Assembly: GCA_951406725.2 (NCBI GenBank)
Contig: OX597823.1
Span: forward strand, 95,232,001 to 95,296,000
Reading direction: 5' to 3'
From: Octopus vulgaris
Taxonomy: Eukaryota
Length of the DNA: 64,000 nucleotides
In this document: positions 24,345-37,555 of the stretch, one piece after another
Position numbering within the stretch: position 1 is the stretch's first letter
How the letters are laid out: the number at the start of each line of letters is the position of its first letter
Position numbers and translations under genes: made by a program
The notes under the pieces: model-generated
What the model was told of the DNA's origin: nothing
The model's input: only the letters and a program-made list of their open reading frames with translations
Databases searched by the model: none

Positions 24345-26135
24345 TTATGTCGACGCCCCCAGACGATGAGGTAGGCTAGCCCAATACGTAGATATAGAGT
24401 GAGAAGTCTAGACGTCGAGGAGTTGAATAGAGATCAGAGTAGTTGACAGCGTTATTTTTAGAGTTGAGTCGTTGATGACGTAGTGTTTTTTGTTAGAGAG
24501 TTAAATAATTGTTCATTTATTGCTGTTTGATTGTTGATATTGTAAATTGTTGTTGTTTTATTTTTTCCCATTGAGGGAAAAATGGAGAAAACGCCAGCGG
24601 GCGGTTACAGTTATGCGGCCGCAACTGGAAAAGGATCTGAAGAGAAAACGTTGGAGATAATTGAAATTAAGGTGGAACCAAGGAAAATGAAGGCATGTGA
24701 AAAGTTGCTGGAGAAGGATGGAGAGACGTTGAAGTTGACGCCACCTGCAGAGCTGACAAACAGTGTAATGAGACGAACAGTTACATATAAAACAATGAAA
24801 ATAGCAGCGAGAAATATAGAGATTGCGACAGTGGAGGAAATCGAAGAGGTTTTGAAAGATATTAAAAAACTGACGACTTATATAACAAGAGAAAGGAACT
24901 GCACCACCGTGGGGGTGCGCTTTGCGATAGAGGAAGCTGCAATTAAGCACGCTACGGAGGCAATAAGATCGGAGGATCGGGTACTTTTGCCGTCGTACTG
25001 TAGCAAACGTGTGGCCAGAGTGCGAGTAGGCAAAGTACCTCCAGAACTAGAAGAGGCATGGCTCATGACAGCCATAATGTTCAACATGAAGGATGGGACC
25101 AAAATACTGTAAGCCACAAGGACTAATTGAATCAGTTACTGGGGATATGGGATCGAGCTCACTATCCAGGCAACAATAGAAGATTTGAATCGGATTGCTG
25201 AGGAGATAGTGCTACCCGATGACTTGAGATTGAGAGTGAATGTAGAGGGCAGGCCGCTTGTATGTTTTGAATGTGGGGAGAAAGGCCACATGAAGGCGAG
25301 CTGCCCACAGAGAGAACAGAAGGAGAAACAGGAAAGTACGGAACAGGTTGTAAAGGTGGAGATGGAAGAAAAAACAACGGAAGAGGGATTCACGGTAGTG
25401 GAAAGAAAAAGGAGACGTAGAAGAGTGAGCCCGCCGCCAGGTAACCAGAAAAAGAAAAAAGAAGAGGTAGAAAGGAAAGATGCGACCTGAAGGAAGGCAG
25501 ACAAAAGGATGGTGGAGATAGAAAGTGAAAAAGTAATTGGAAAAGTGTGCGAGAATGAGTTACAGAAGGAGGAAACAGTGTTGAAGACGTCGGTTGATTT
25601 GGCGGAGAAAGATTCAGGAGTGTAACTGTATGAGGGTGAAATAGAGAAATTGTTCAGAGGAGAGACAGAAAAGGAAAAAGCACCAGAAATAGAAGTAGAA
25701 AAGAGAAAACCAAGAAGAGGAAAAAATTGAATGGAACTTCGTAACACATGCAAAAAACAAAGAAGTGGAAAGAAAAATTGTTAAAATTTAAACATATCAT
25801 AAGAGTGAAGTTACTTACGGATGTATACTCAGAAAATATAAAGGCCATTGTGGTCGACAAAGACCCATACAATAGACCAGTGGACACGTGCGGAAACAAG
25901 ATTGACTCGCCCGGGGTGTTGGTGGAGTTCGATGAACTGTCACCAGTAGGTTTATTTATTATCCATAAATGACTATACATAGATGGGGACGGTACAATCG
26001 GGGAACATAAAATAACAAAAGAGGATGAATAAAGACGAAGAAATTAAAAAAAAGAATGAATTATGATAAGATATTATAATGAGGCGCAATGCCCACTCGA
26101 CCCCCGAAGTGGAGTGGTTACATTTTGTCAGTCTT
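24345..26135 (+). mobile_element. Decayed ORF1/gag-like element with a CCHC zinc knuckle and no ORF2 (copy 2)
   Basis: ORFs 24582-25112 and 25185-25490 share a frame and are separated by stops; SYAAA motif, VEGRPLVCFECGEKGHMKASCP, K/E-rich linker and a small C-terminal domain. Confidence 0.75.
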
Positions 26136-26139
26136 TTCC

Positions 26140-28130
26140 CTTAATTGATTTTCTCAAAGATTACAACTGAATTTTACAAAATTACATAACAATTCACAAT
26201 TACAGCTGAAGTTCGCAAAATTTATAAAAAAATAAATTTCACAAACATAGTGTTTTCCGCTTTTCCATAAATTTCAGAGATAGTCTGTTTTTCTTTTCAG
26301 CTCCTCATAATCCATTACGGGAGGTGGGTGATCCATCAACCGACACCTCCTGTCTTCTAGTATATTCTTTCTGGCGACCTCGATGAAATTGGCGTAACTG
26401 GCCGCATGGACTAGAACACCGATCTCATCTCCGTCATACTTGGTTCCCATCCTTACTCTTGTTACTCCCTTCATTCTCGAATCCTTATTTTTTTCTATTT
26501 CATATGAACTTTTATATATTACAAACGCTCCATAAGATTTAAACGTATCGTTACCTGTGTTTTCCGCTGCGTCTTCCCTCGTCTTCGATCTTTTTCTACT
26601 TTTGGGACTGGTAGCTCCTTTGCTCTCTTCTTTCGATTTTTCAATTTCTCTCTTCTTGTTGTCCTCTTTCAGTTCACTATTTTTTCCTAACTTTTTTCTT
26701 CTGTTTGAACTTTCTCTTGTCTCTGTTCTTTCTTTTGCTCTTTTTGTTCCTTTTCTGTTGTCTCTTTACTTTGTGTAAATTCATATAATGGACGCTCAGT
26801 CCTTATATGTCCTCTTGCTCCGCACAGATAATTGGGTCTCCTTCCTTCGATAATAATGTTTATCGTCGGTTCATTTTCAACTTCGATCTGGAAGGAGATT
26901 CTCTCTATGTCTTCTATTGTGGCTGTAAGCCACATTTCGACTCCCAATCCCCGTCAGTTCACCGTATTGGTTTCAGTAACTGGACCCAGTTCGAGTTCGT
27001 CTTTTGTATACCCTAGAATCGCTGCAACCAGCCATTCTGTTTTTATTTCCGGCGGTATACTTGGAATCTTAACACAAAGTTATAAACACAAAGATATAAA
27101 CACAAAGACAATAGTATGGATGTCAGAAGAAGAAATAGAAAACTGTCTCGGGGATGTAATGTGGATCTTTTCACTTTGACCGGCAGATTTTTAAAATAAT
27201 TTCTTTGTAACTAAACACTTTTAAACTTCGTATACTGGTAGAATGTGTTACATAAAACATATTTTTCTCTTGGCTTTCTTGACGTCTATTGAGGTGAATA
27301 CAATTTCTGCGGTTGTTTGTCAATGCGGTGTCATATCAGTTTGTCACTGCTATTTGTGAGAAAAAAAGATACCCTTCCCCCCACACTAACCGTAACCATA
27401 ACTCTAACCCCACATATATAAAAAAATAAAAATTTTATGGAAAGTGCCGATCTTCTTCAAATGTAAACAAATACACGTGTATGGCCATAAACTGAGGGGT
27501 CACTCGTAAGCAGAGCTGGATAACAAAACCGTTGATTGGTTGAAATTGCCGAAATGCAAGAAATTTAACAAGAAATAGCTTACAAACTACAGAATTTTCT
27601 CAAGAAAGCCAAGAGAGAAAGATGTTTTATGTAACACATTCTACCAGTATACGAAGTTTAAAAGTGTTCAATTACAAAGAAATTATTTTAAAAATCTGCC
27701 GGTCAAAGTGAAAAGATCCACATTACATCTCCGAGACAGTTTTCAATTTCTTTTTCTGACATCCATACTATTGTCTTTGTGTTTATATCTTGAGTTTTAT
27801 ATATAATCGTTTTAAGGTTCTTATCCTCTGTTGTTTCTGCTGGAGGGATCAGCTTGATGCTTTCTCCCTCCCTTCTCACGTACTGTTCACACCTCTGTAT
27901 TTCTTCTTTATCAATTGTAACATTCTTTTAAAAACCCAGTGACGCGATACCTCTTGTTGCAGCAACCCTCAAATAGGTATCCATGACGGAGGGACAACGT
28001 CTTTTCTTTCACCTAAAATGAGAAAAAAAAAAGAACGGCAAGCAGTAGCAAGCTCCTCGCGCGATTCGTTCTCTCTGCGACTTTTTTTACAACTTTTCTC
28101 ATTTTTTCACACAAAATACATAACGTCTTC
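26140..28130 (-). mobile_element. Decayed ORF1/gag-like element (copy 3), interrupted by a MITE
   Basis: ATG at 27984; CEQYVRREGESIKLIPPAE, IPPEIKTEWLVAAI, TATIEDIERI and IEGRRPNYLCGARGH all align with copy 2. Confidence 0.72.
27163..27719. mobile_element. MITE/foldback DNA element with ~120-bp TIRs (ggatcttttcactttgaccggcag...)
   Basis: Inverted repeats at 27163-27282 and 27600-27719; the outer boundary is inferred from where ORF1 homology stops. Confidence 0.75.
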
Positions 28131-28314
28131 ACCACACGAGCTCAAAAAAAACACGTCTGAACGACACCAGTAGTATATGAGGTATTAAAATGAAATAAAA
28201 AGAGTCAGTAAAATTGTTTTGTTCAAAGAAAAAGAAAGAAAGGAAAAAGTGTTTCGAAGAAAAATGAGGAGAGAAAAGATGATTAAAAAAAGACAATGGA
28301 CAAAATAGCACGAT

Positions 28315-29665
28315 TGTAATATAGTGTGTATAAACGTTCAAATGGCACTGTATGAGAGTGGGGCCCATGCAGCCATTTCATTTTTTCCATTTTTATATAA
28401 CATTCACCCTCATTCGTTTCATGTTTTATGTCCCCACTGTGGTGCTGTGTCTGTCCTTGTGTTAGTGTCCTCCCTCTGTGTTAGTGGCCGTGGTGCCAAA
28501 TAAAGAAATGAGTTGAGTAGAGGTCATCCGAACGGACGATATAACAGTGGCGACGAGGTTTCGAATAGTACCGAAATGGAAGAGTTACTGAAAACAGTTG
28601 CAAAACAAGAGCAGCAGCAACAACTACAGAAGTTAACAGAATTGTTACTGCAGTCGAGAAATACGACAGAATCATTTTCAGCAGATGGTGTTGCAAATTT
28701 CATCTTAGAATTTCACTACAATCTGGATCAAGGAACTACTTTTGCTGCATATTACGGACGATACGAAGGCATATTCCAAGAGGAATGCAAGGTATGGTCT
28801 AGTGAAAGGAAGGTAAGACTCCTTTTGCGAACGCTTGCTACTCCTGAACACGAAAGATTTTGTAACTTTATTTTGCCGAGAAAGCCCGTGGAATTTTGTT
28901 TTGATGAAACGATAAACATTTTGACTAATATTTTTAGCGAGAAAAGTTCGCAGTTTAACATTCGATAGGAATGTTTAAATTTAAAGAAAAACGAGTGCGA
29001 TGATTTTGTAACATATGCCGGTATGCTTAATAAGGCTTGCGAAAGGTTTAAGCTGGAAGAATTAACGCCAGATATGTCCAAGTGCCTAATATTCGTTAAA
29101 GGGCTAGTGGCAACGGAAGACGCGGAAATTAGTAAAAAAAATATTATCAAAGTTGAATCAAAATGTGAAACTCACTTTGCAGGATGTGGCTGAGGAATGC
29201 CAACAAATAATAAACCTTCGAGATGATACAAGAAAGATAGAAGACAAGAATAATAATGTACAAATGTGTAAAGAAAGTACAGAAAGAAAGAAAAATTTTA
29301 ATTCACAACGGTGCTATGGATGCGGAGATTGACATTTGAGGAAAGATTGCCCCTTTAAAGATAAAACCTGCTTTAAGTGTGGTAAAATTGGACATATACA
29401 GTGAAATGCCGCTCAAAGAAAATGGTAAAACAGAAGAAAGTCTACTCAACAAAAGTAAATTATACCAGACAAAACCGAAAATTTGTGTTGGTAGAAATAA
29501 ATGGGTTTCAGACCAAAATGCAATTAGATACCCGTTCAGACGTATCGATACGGCAACATGGAGTAAGATAGGCAGGCCGTTGTATAAAAAAAACTACTAG
29601 TATAGCCTACGGTGTGTCAGGGGAACGAGTTCAATTCTTGGGCGAAATTTTGTATACAGTTAGGT
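28315..29665 (+). mobile_element. Ty3/Gypsy LTR retrotransposon 5' remnant (LTR, PBS, gag, start of protease)
   Basis: Putative LTR tgtaat...ataaca (28315-28546) with AATAAA; PBS-like tggcgacgag at 28548; gag from ATG 28576; CYGCG and CFKCGKIGH knuckles; LDT protease motif; stops present. Confidence 0.82.
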
Positions 29666-30842
29666 CGACCACATTTTTTATACTCTTGCGTTCGTTATTC
29701 TTGAGAATAATTTAGCATTTGTGAGGATCTTGTTTAATGTCTTTGGTTGTTTATTGCTTTTAATGATCTTATGCGTACGCAGAATTTCTTTCAGTTTGGG
29801 ATCCTTATGGAGTATTGGGAGATTTTAGTCAATAATGTTAAATGCTTCGTGGCTTCTGGGGTTGTATGTGGATACATAAGGAATTTATTTTTAGAGTAGG
29901 CGAGTTATTGTGTTCGACTTTTCTTAATGCTTTCCAAATTTTGAAAACGACTCCTGATATATTGTTATTTCTAAATAGCCCATTGTTAGATTGACAATAA
30001 CCGAGGCTGCCCTTGTCCCCATGGCAAATTCGGATTTTTGGCGATAAAGAGTAGTGTCAAACATGAAATAGTTATTTTGTAGGATGAATTTTATTGATTC
30101 AATTATGAAATCTTTGTTGATCCGTTCTGGTATTTCTTCTGGATATTTGTCCAGCCAGAAACGGATTGCTTCTATTCCATAACTATGGGGTGTGTTGGTA
30201 TATAAATTAATCGCATCGAATGATACCATAATTGTTTCCTCCTCGACCCTTTCTGGTAGGTGATTTAACACATCTAAGTCATCTCTAATATGACTCTTGA
30301 TATGTTTTAGAAATAGTTTCAGGAGGATGTTCATGAGGCAATTTAGTCGATGTATTTCACAGCATGCTCCAGCTATAACGGACCGTAATTTTAGGTCTCC
30401 ATGTGTTGATGTATGCCTTTGATGATTGTTTGATGGCTTCGTTCATAGTTTGGCTTTTGTGAATTTTCGGTAGACCATAGAATAGGCTGGGTTTACACTT
30501 AGTGTTTTTTAAGTACTCTCTTTCTTTTTCTGTTAGGTCTTTTCCATGGATTTGAATTAGTGAAGAGAGGTTTTTCATTATTTTTTTGGTGGATGTGATC
30601 TTTGATTTGTTCGTAGTGTTCGATATTATTTAGCATGGATACTACTAGATTTTTGTTGTAAAATGTGTCCATTACCACTACTGCACTTCCTTTATCCGCT
30701 TCTTTGATTGTTATTTCTTCATTGTTTTGTAGTTCAGTTAGTTCTTTCTATTGGGTGGTGCTGAAGTTTGAAATGATCTTTTGCTTGTACAAGGCGTTGT
30801 AGGGGACGTTTTCAATGTTGTTGTAGAATCCATCGAGATTCT
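29666..30842 (-). mobile_element. Penelope-like element RT fragment (decayed)
   Basis: IKEADKGSAVV, FYGLPKIHK, SFDAINLYTNTPH, ILQNNYF.F and AMGT, with frameshifts. Confidence 0.88.
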
Positions 30843-31665
30843 GCAAGAATGAAAGAAAGCAGTGTTGTTAGATGACGGAAGTAGGATGGAAAATACACCA
30901 TTACGATTTCAATACGCTGTATTACTACCAGTGGTAAGTTTTGAAGATCTAATGGATTTTCTGATATACAAATGATACAAACTGAATTGTAAAAACAGTA
31001 AATGGAACTTTCTACTTTGGTGGGTGGGAAGCCATTTCATTATCATAATTCTTCACACCTCATAACTCATTCGGTAATCATTATATGGACCCCACGTTTA
31101 CGTTGTCTGTCCATGTAATGTCCCTTCTTATATAAGGCTTTATGCCTATAATAAAGAGAGAAAGCGTCGAGTAGATCGAACCGATTTTTTGTGTTTTGAT
31201 CTCGCTCACATGTAATTTGTTGCTTTGTTTAATTGAATGGCTGAATTGTTGAAGTTGTGATTGTTGAATTTGTAATTTTTTGAAGTCATTGAAAATTTCA
31301 TTTGGCTTCCCCATTGATGTGTGAAGCAGTAAAAAACGGAATTATGAACACGCAGACCCAGACAGGCAGTTATACAGGAACTAGAAGTGAAAGATATTGA
31401 TTACAAAATGTTTGATAATCTGTTGAAGAAGGAAGGAGGATGTTTGAGACTGACACCCACCAAAGAAATAACAGAGAAGTCGTTGAAAATTTTTCTTGGC
31501 TTCCCCATTTATGGGTGAAGCAGTAAATAACGAAATTATGAACACGCAGACCCATACATGCGCGCGTGTGTGTGTGTGTGTATGTATTATAAATTCCCTC
31601 TTTATATCATCATCTTCGTAATTGTTGTCATCGTTTTTCCTTGTCATCATTGTTTCAAATTCTAG

Positions 31666-31837
31666 CTTCTGAAGTGTCTTCGGTGGACAGTAGAATGAAA
31701 TCTTCCATTGCCATCCAAATGGTGTTTACCGTCGGATACCTGATTGTTTCTCTGCTGACTTACTTTGTGAGGACCTGGAGGACTTTGATGATCATAATAT
31801 CAATCCCGTCACTGGTGTTCGCTATCGTCTATCTCTG
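31666..31837 (+). CDS. SLC22 exon 5 (SEVSSVDSRMKSS...RTWRTL...AIVYL)
   Basis: Acceptor ttctag, donor TG|gtaggt; E......R and R.WR.L motifs; 172 nt. Confidence 0.93.
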
Positions 31838-32870
31838 GTAGGTATGCATGTGTGTATGGGTGGAAGGATGGATGGATGCATTTATACCTGTATGGTTACA
31901 CAGATATAAATATGGCTGGGTGTATATATCAATACATGCATGTATGTAATATGGGTATATGAATTATGGGTGTATGGGTAAATGAATGGAAGTGTGTGGA
32001 TATGTGGGTATATGATCAATGGATCTATGTATGTACGAATGTATGGATATCTCTGTATATGTATGGCAGGATGTGTGCATGTATATAAGTGTGTATTTAT
32101 GTATGTATGTATGTATGTATGTATGTATGTATGTATCAATGTATGTATGCATGTATGTACGCATGAGTAAATGAATGTATGGGTGCATGGATTTATATAT
32201 ACGGACGTACTTAAGTATATATGGTTGCATATATGTATCTATGGATGTATATATGGGTAGATGAACGGATATGTGCGTATGTGTATGTGTATGTGTTAGG
32301 GTGCACGTATGTGTATATGTATATACAACCCGTTACATTGATGGCGACTAAACTTGCAACCCTAACAAGTTTGTTTGGGAAGGGGGTGGGAGTGGGGGGT
32401 GTTTATATTGGACACCCTCTAGGATGAGAAGCAAAACCCGTCGAAGGACAGCTGAGGGTGAGAAACCCTTAATCTTTGTTTTGATATCTCACTAGGGGGA
32501 GGAAAACTCTGATCTAACACCTGTACCTTCGTTTCAATCCAATTATGTAGATTAGTTCTTCTTTTGGGGCGAAAGCATTCGATGTTTAGAGACGAGTAAC
32601 TTGAGAAGCTTTAAATACAGGCTTCACCTGACTTTTAAACATCTTTATTAACATCAAAGATGCAGGTGTAGCTGTGTGGTAAGACGTTTGCTTCCCAACC
32701 ACATGGTTCTGGGTTCAGTCTCACTGTATGGCACCTTGAACAAATGCCTATTTACTTATTTGTCTCTTTGTATGTATGTATGTATGTATGTATGTATGCA
32801 TGAATGTATCAGAGTGTGTGTTCATATATATGTGTGTATGTGGTTATATTTTCCGTTTTCTATTTGCAAG

Positions 32871-33080
32871 TTTCCTAGACGAGTCTCCCCGGTGGCTCCT
32901 CAATAAAAAGAGAACAAAAGATGCCAACATAATTCTTAGCAACATCGCCAAACTGAATAAAACAATTTTGCCTCAAACAGAAATCAACATTTTCTCATCG
33001 AACAAGAAAAAAGTAGAAATCTGGAAAATGTTTACCATTCCTCAGCTTCTAAAACGGACCCTAATTTTGATGCTAAACTG
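32871..33080 (+). CDS. SLC22 exon 6 (FLDESPRWLLNKK...LLKRTLILMLN)
   Basis: Acceptor ttgcaag, donor TG|gtaagt; ESPRWL signature. The nearby cctag acceptor would create a TGA. Confidence 0.92.
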
Positions 33081-33121
33081 GTAAGTGATACTTCATTTAC
33101 CATTTTCTGTGTATTCTTTAT

Positions 33122-33525
33122 CTTTTATCATTTACTCGTTTCAATCATTTGACTGCGGCCATGCTGGGGCACCGCCTTGAAAAAACATATACTTGAATTA
33201 ATTGACCTCTGACTTTTTAAATTCTGGTGCTGATTTCATTGGTTTCTTTTAAACCTTTAAGTTATGGGGACATAAACAAACCAACACAGGTTATCAGATA
33301 GTGGTAGGGGAACAAACACATAGACAAAGACCCACACATAGCTGTGTGTGTGTGTGTGTGTATAAATATGATGGGCTACTTTCAGTTTCGATCTATCAAA
33401 TCCACTCACATGACTTTGGTCAGCCTATGATTAGGGTAGAAGACACCTGACCCAGGTACCGCGCACTGGGACTGAAATTGGTGCCATGTGGTTGCGGAGC
33501 AAGCTTCTTACCACACAGCCATGCA
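33122..33525 (-). mobile_element. tRNA-derived SINE
   Basis: Tail gactgcggccatgctggggcaccgcctt; head aagcttcttaccacacagccatgc. Confidence 0.78.
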
Positions 33526-33795
33526 TGTACCTATATTGATCTACTCACCATTTATCCAACAGTCTAGAGTTACTTTCATTAACTGGCTCTCATTGGCTAA
33601 CTCTGCCTCAGTTGTTAAGTTTTCTTAGTTGTCTATGTTAGACAATTAGTTGTATAACTTTACTTGCTGTTGGTCTCAATGTTCAAATTATCATAATTCT
33701 CTCTAAGAAATTACGTAGCCATCTAACCAGGGTTTGGTCTGCAATTCTTGTGCATTTTTGTACATTGTATAAAATCTTTCATTTCTTTTCTATAG

Positions 33796-34022
33796 GGCGA
33801 CTGTGAGTTTGGTATATTATGGCCTTACTCTTAATGTCGGCAAATTGTATGGCAATCTCTATATGAATTATTTTTTGAATTCGGTTGTCGAGTTTCCAGC
33901 CTACATTCTGTGCCTCTTTCTGTTAAATCGTGTTGGAAGAAAAAAATCGCATAGTAGCATGATGGTTTTGACTGGAGTCACTTGTGTTGCTGCAATATTT
34001 CCCGTCCTCTATGGCACAAAAG
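33796..34022 (+). CDS. SLC22 exon 7 (ATVSLVYYGLTLNVGKL...NRVGRKK...YGTK)
   Basis: Acceptor tatag, donor AAG|gtaaac; YYGL, VEFPA and RVGRK motifs. Confidence 0.95.
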
Positions 34023-34813
34023 GTAAACGAATCATTATTATTGTTGTTGTTCTTGTTCTTTTTGTTATTATTATTATTATCATCATCATCATTATTATTA
34101 TTATCATTATTATTATTATCATTATTATTATTATTATTATTATTATCATTATTATTATTATCATTATTATTATTAATATTATTAATATTATTATTATTAT
34201 TATTATTATTATTACGAATGGGGGAAATTATATCCTGATGATTTCACGTTCACACGCTCTTTAGTTTCAAATTTGAATATATTGAACACAGGGAGGGGTG
34301 ATATTGAGACATATCCCTTTGCCATTCACTGGGTTTGAAACAGTGCTCTAGTTATTCATGCCAGCGGGATTTCGATTGTCTTGACAGAAAGCTCGGTTTT
34401 TTATAACTGTAGATACCTGATCTCTCGACCGCTACGGTCACGAAAAACAACGAGGAACAACGACAGAGTAACCCAGTTTGTAAGATAAACAGGCACTGTA
34501 TGACCGGTGACATACCTGTCTTTCTGGCAGCATCACCTAATATATACAGGTAACCATCGAGTTGTGAGGACAGAGAGAGACCAGTCGACTAGCAGGAAAC
34601 TCGCACATTTTATGCAGTGAAGCTAGAGGGAGTTGGTGGGAGGAAGAAAACAAAGAGGTAGCGACAGGCGCGAACGACACAACCAGGAATGTGAGCATCG
34701 CAGAGGTAAATGAAAGAATTGCATATTATTGTCAAATGTTGTTAAATGTTTTAAAAGAAAAAGGAAAAAAGAACCGTTTGTGTTGTTAAATGCTTCAAGA
34801 AAATAAGAACTGT

Positions 34814-34973
34814 CTGTACATTATTTACATTATTTACATTAGACGGATATTTGTCCTCATCTTGTTTGTTGTTAACACAATGTTTTGGCTGATATACCCT
34901 CCAGCCTTCTTCAGGTGTCTTGGGGAAATTTCGAACCTGGGTTATCATTCCAAGGTATTTTTCGATGTTGTTG

Positions 34974-35011
<38 letters not shown>

Positions 35012-35334
35012 TGTTGTTGTTGTTGTTGTTGTTCAGGTCACTGCTTGGAATCGAACTCGGAATCTTGGGGTTAGTAGCCCGCGCTCTTAACCACTACGCC
35101 ATATGCCCACGGTTCGATTCCAGGCAGTAGCCTGAACACTAATAATAATAACAATAATAACATCGAAAAATACCTTAAGAATGAGAACTCAGGTTCGAAA
35201 TTTCCCAAGACACCTGAAGAAGGCTGGAGGGTTATATCAGCCAAAACATTGTGTTGACAACAAACAAGATGAGGACAAATATCCGTCGAATGTAAATAAT
35301 GTAAATAATTCCTCATCTCTTAGATATAGAACTG
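34814..35334. mobile_element. Head-to-head pair of a tRNA-headed, HHR-bearing SINE-like element
   Basis: The minus copy (34814-35108) has A box tggcgtagtgg and B box gttcgattcc; the plus copy starts at the B box (~35111). HHR-like motifs at 34874-34919 (-) and 35209-35255 (+). taagaactgt direct repeats flank the pair. Confidence 0.8.
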
Positions 35335-35555
35335 TAAGAACTGTGTGTTGTTAAATGATTGTTTAAAGAATATTTTACTTTGACAATGGGCAACGGTTTT
35401 GTTTTGTTGTTGACGTCTCTTCTGGCTTTTCGCTACTGCTTCTTCAGTTGACTTGCTGAGCGGTTGGCACACGCGGTTTTCTGGGCTAGCAAACTGCGGG
35501 TTGTTTGTGTTGGAACCCGTGGTGGTATCAGAGCGCCGCGTGTGGCGTAACATCA

Positions 35556-35609
<54 letters not shown>

Positions 35610-35610
<1 letters not shown>

Positions 35611-35795
35611 GGCAGTGAAATGGCAGAATCCTTAGAGTGCTGGGCAAAATACTTAGCAGCATTTCTTCTGGCTCTTTACATTCTGAGTTCAAATGCAGCT
35701 GAGGTCAACTTTGCCTATCATACTTCAGAGTTAAGTACTGAGGTCGAACTGATCACTCTCCCAAAAGTTGCACTCCTTGTGCCATAATTTGAAAC
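35610..35795 (+). mobile_element. Decayed SINE of the 2545-3163 family
   Basis: ggcagtgaaatggcagaatc...ttctgagttcaaat...gaggtcaactttgcct. Confidence 0.65.
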
Positions 35796-36209
35796 CGCCA
35801 CCACGAACACCACCATCATCGTTTCATCACCATCAGCATTGTCATCATCATTATCATCATCATCATCATCATTATGCTTTGCTTCTTTCAACTTTGTTTC
35901 TCTTTCTGCCAAGTGTCTTCCCAACACCTAGGGCAAAGAGACTCACTGTATACATTGATAAACCAATAAAATAAACACACCAGACTGTTTATTTAAAAAC
36001 TGAAATAAAGTCATGTAAAAAAATGTTTCTTGACATTTCCCAGTCAGTAAATCATCCAGTAGCTCTGAGCTTTCAAAGATGCCTTCATGGAAGGTTATCC
36101 TTCTCATAGTGATAATGCTCGTCTTATTATTATATGCTTGGCTTTTGCTTTGTATTCGTACAAATTGACTCAAAGTCTCACCCAGAGATGTTAAGAGACA
36201 ACAAGTTAG

Positions 36210-36545
36210 AAGTTCAAATTGGTGTTATGACTAGGGTGCCATATTTTTAATTTTACACAGAGTATTGTTCTAGAGAATGTCTGTCAAAGAATAAGGCAAC
36301 CACTTACAATGGAGAGACATCACGCAGCACAGGGGAGCATACAGATGGATATTGGCGAGAACTAAAAGAGGAGAAATGTTCGTCAGTACTCTACCAATAT
36401 GTTCAAGTAGAACATAGAGGCTCGGTTAATAACATAGAGGTTAAGGTATTATCAACGCATAAAACTGATTCGATACTCAGACAGATTACAAAGGCTACAC
36501 ACATAGCAATAGATAGACCGAACCTCAGCAGGAAACACAAGCAGA
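36210..36545 (+). mobile_element. Decayed Penelope-like GIY-YIG endonuclease fragment
   Basis: Manual translation from 36302: TYNGETSRSTGEH...SSVLYQYVQVEH...ILRQITKATHIAIDRPNLSRK. Confidence 0.6.
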
Positions 36546-36849
36546 AAAATAACATCCACCACCACACCATACAACACGACAGCTAAAGACAGAAGGAAGA
36601 AAAATAGATACAAACAGTATAATACACACAGTAAATAAATATGGACATACCTATGATAAATACAAGAAATAGAGATAAATAGATAAACAAAAACAGAAAT
36701 TGTATAAAGGCGTTATGAAAGTGACATGGATACAAACAACATAGTGAGTGAACCCATATACACTCACAAACACATATACAGTAATTTCACAAACGCCCAC
36801 AACAACATCAACAACGCGACCAACGACAACGACAACAGCAACAACGGCA

Positions 36850-36905
<56 letters not shown>

Positions 36906-37123
36906 CACGATGGCAGCAGCGTGGGCTAACATACAAATACAAAGAGATATACAGGAATAGTGACAAAAGTCGGGGATCAAGGGCAGAGAGGATGGGATGG
37001 GGGTGGGTCATAGTGCTACTAAGAACAAAGACGATAACGATGACAACAATATGAATAGCATAAACCCATATATACACAGAAGCACACATGCAAAGCACAC
37101 TGACATGCGTACGCACATGCACG

Positions 37124-37181
<58 letters not shown>

Positions 37182-37197
37182 TACCGATACACATCAT

Positions 37198-37445
37198 AGA
37201 AGTTGTTTTTGGAAGGAAAGCATTTCCCAGATGATGCAGCCTTGATTTCTGAAGTCACGTCGTGGTTGGAGGGCCAAGCTGGGGTCTTCTACAAAAATGG
37301 TCTCCAGAGCTGCATCAAACGATGGGAGAAATGCGTAACTCTGGGTGTGTTCTATGTAGACAAAGACTAATAACTGTGCCAGGTTTCGTTGCTCTACTGC
37401 TATAGGAAGTGGGTCAGAGGCATTACTTATTGAACGCCCCTCGTA
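37198..37445 (+). mobile_element. Mariner 3' end fragment
   Basis: LEGKHFPDDAALISEVTSWLEGQAGVFYKNGLQSCIKRWEKCV; ends ...gaacgcccctcgta. Confidence 0.7.
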
Positions 37446-37555
37446 TATATATATATATAAATTAACAGAATGAGATAAAAAAAAATCCAAGGCAGTGAAA
37501 GTTTTCAGAATATTTATAAAGAGGTCTTACAGCTGTTGCCAGGATATTTTATATA

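Noticed and set aside
31302-31554. ~58-bp direct repeat upstream of exon 5
   Set aside because: A real but small local duplication with no structure or motif suggesting function.
34023-34264. Poly-Ile/Leu extension of the exon 7 ORF
   Set aside because: It is an (ATT)n microsatellite beyond the splice donor at 34023.
35034-35108. Possible functional tRNA gene on the minus strand
   Set aside because: The acceptor stem pairs poorly, the apparent ACT anticodon is atypical, there is no oligo-T terminator, and it is fused to a repeat body; treated as a SINE head.
37515-37555. gtcttacagctgttgcc resembling the 3' half of a minus-strand hammerhead
   Set aside because: GAAA is mutated and the 5' half is absent at the mariner insertion.
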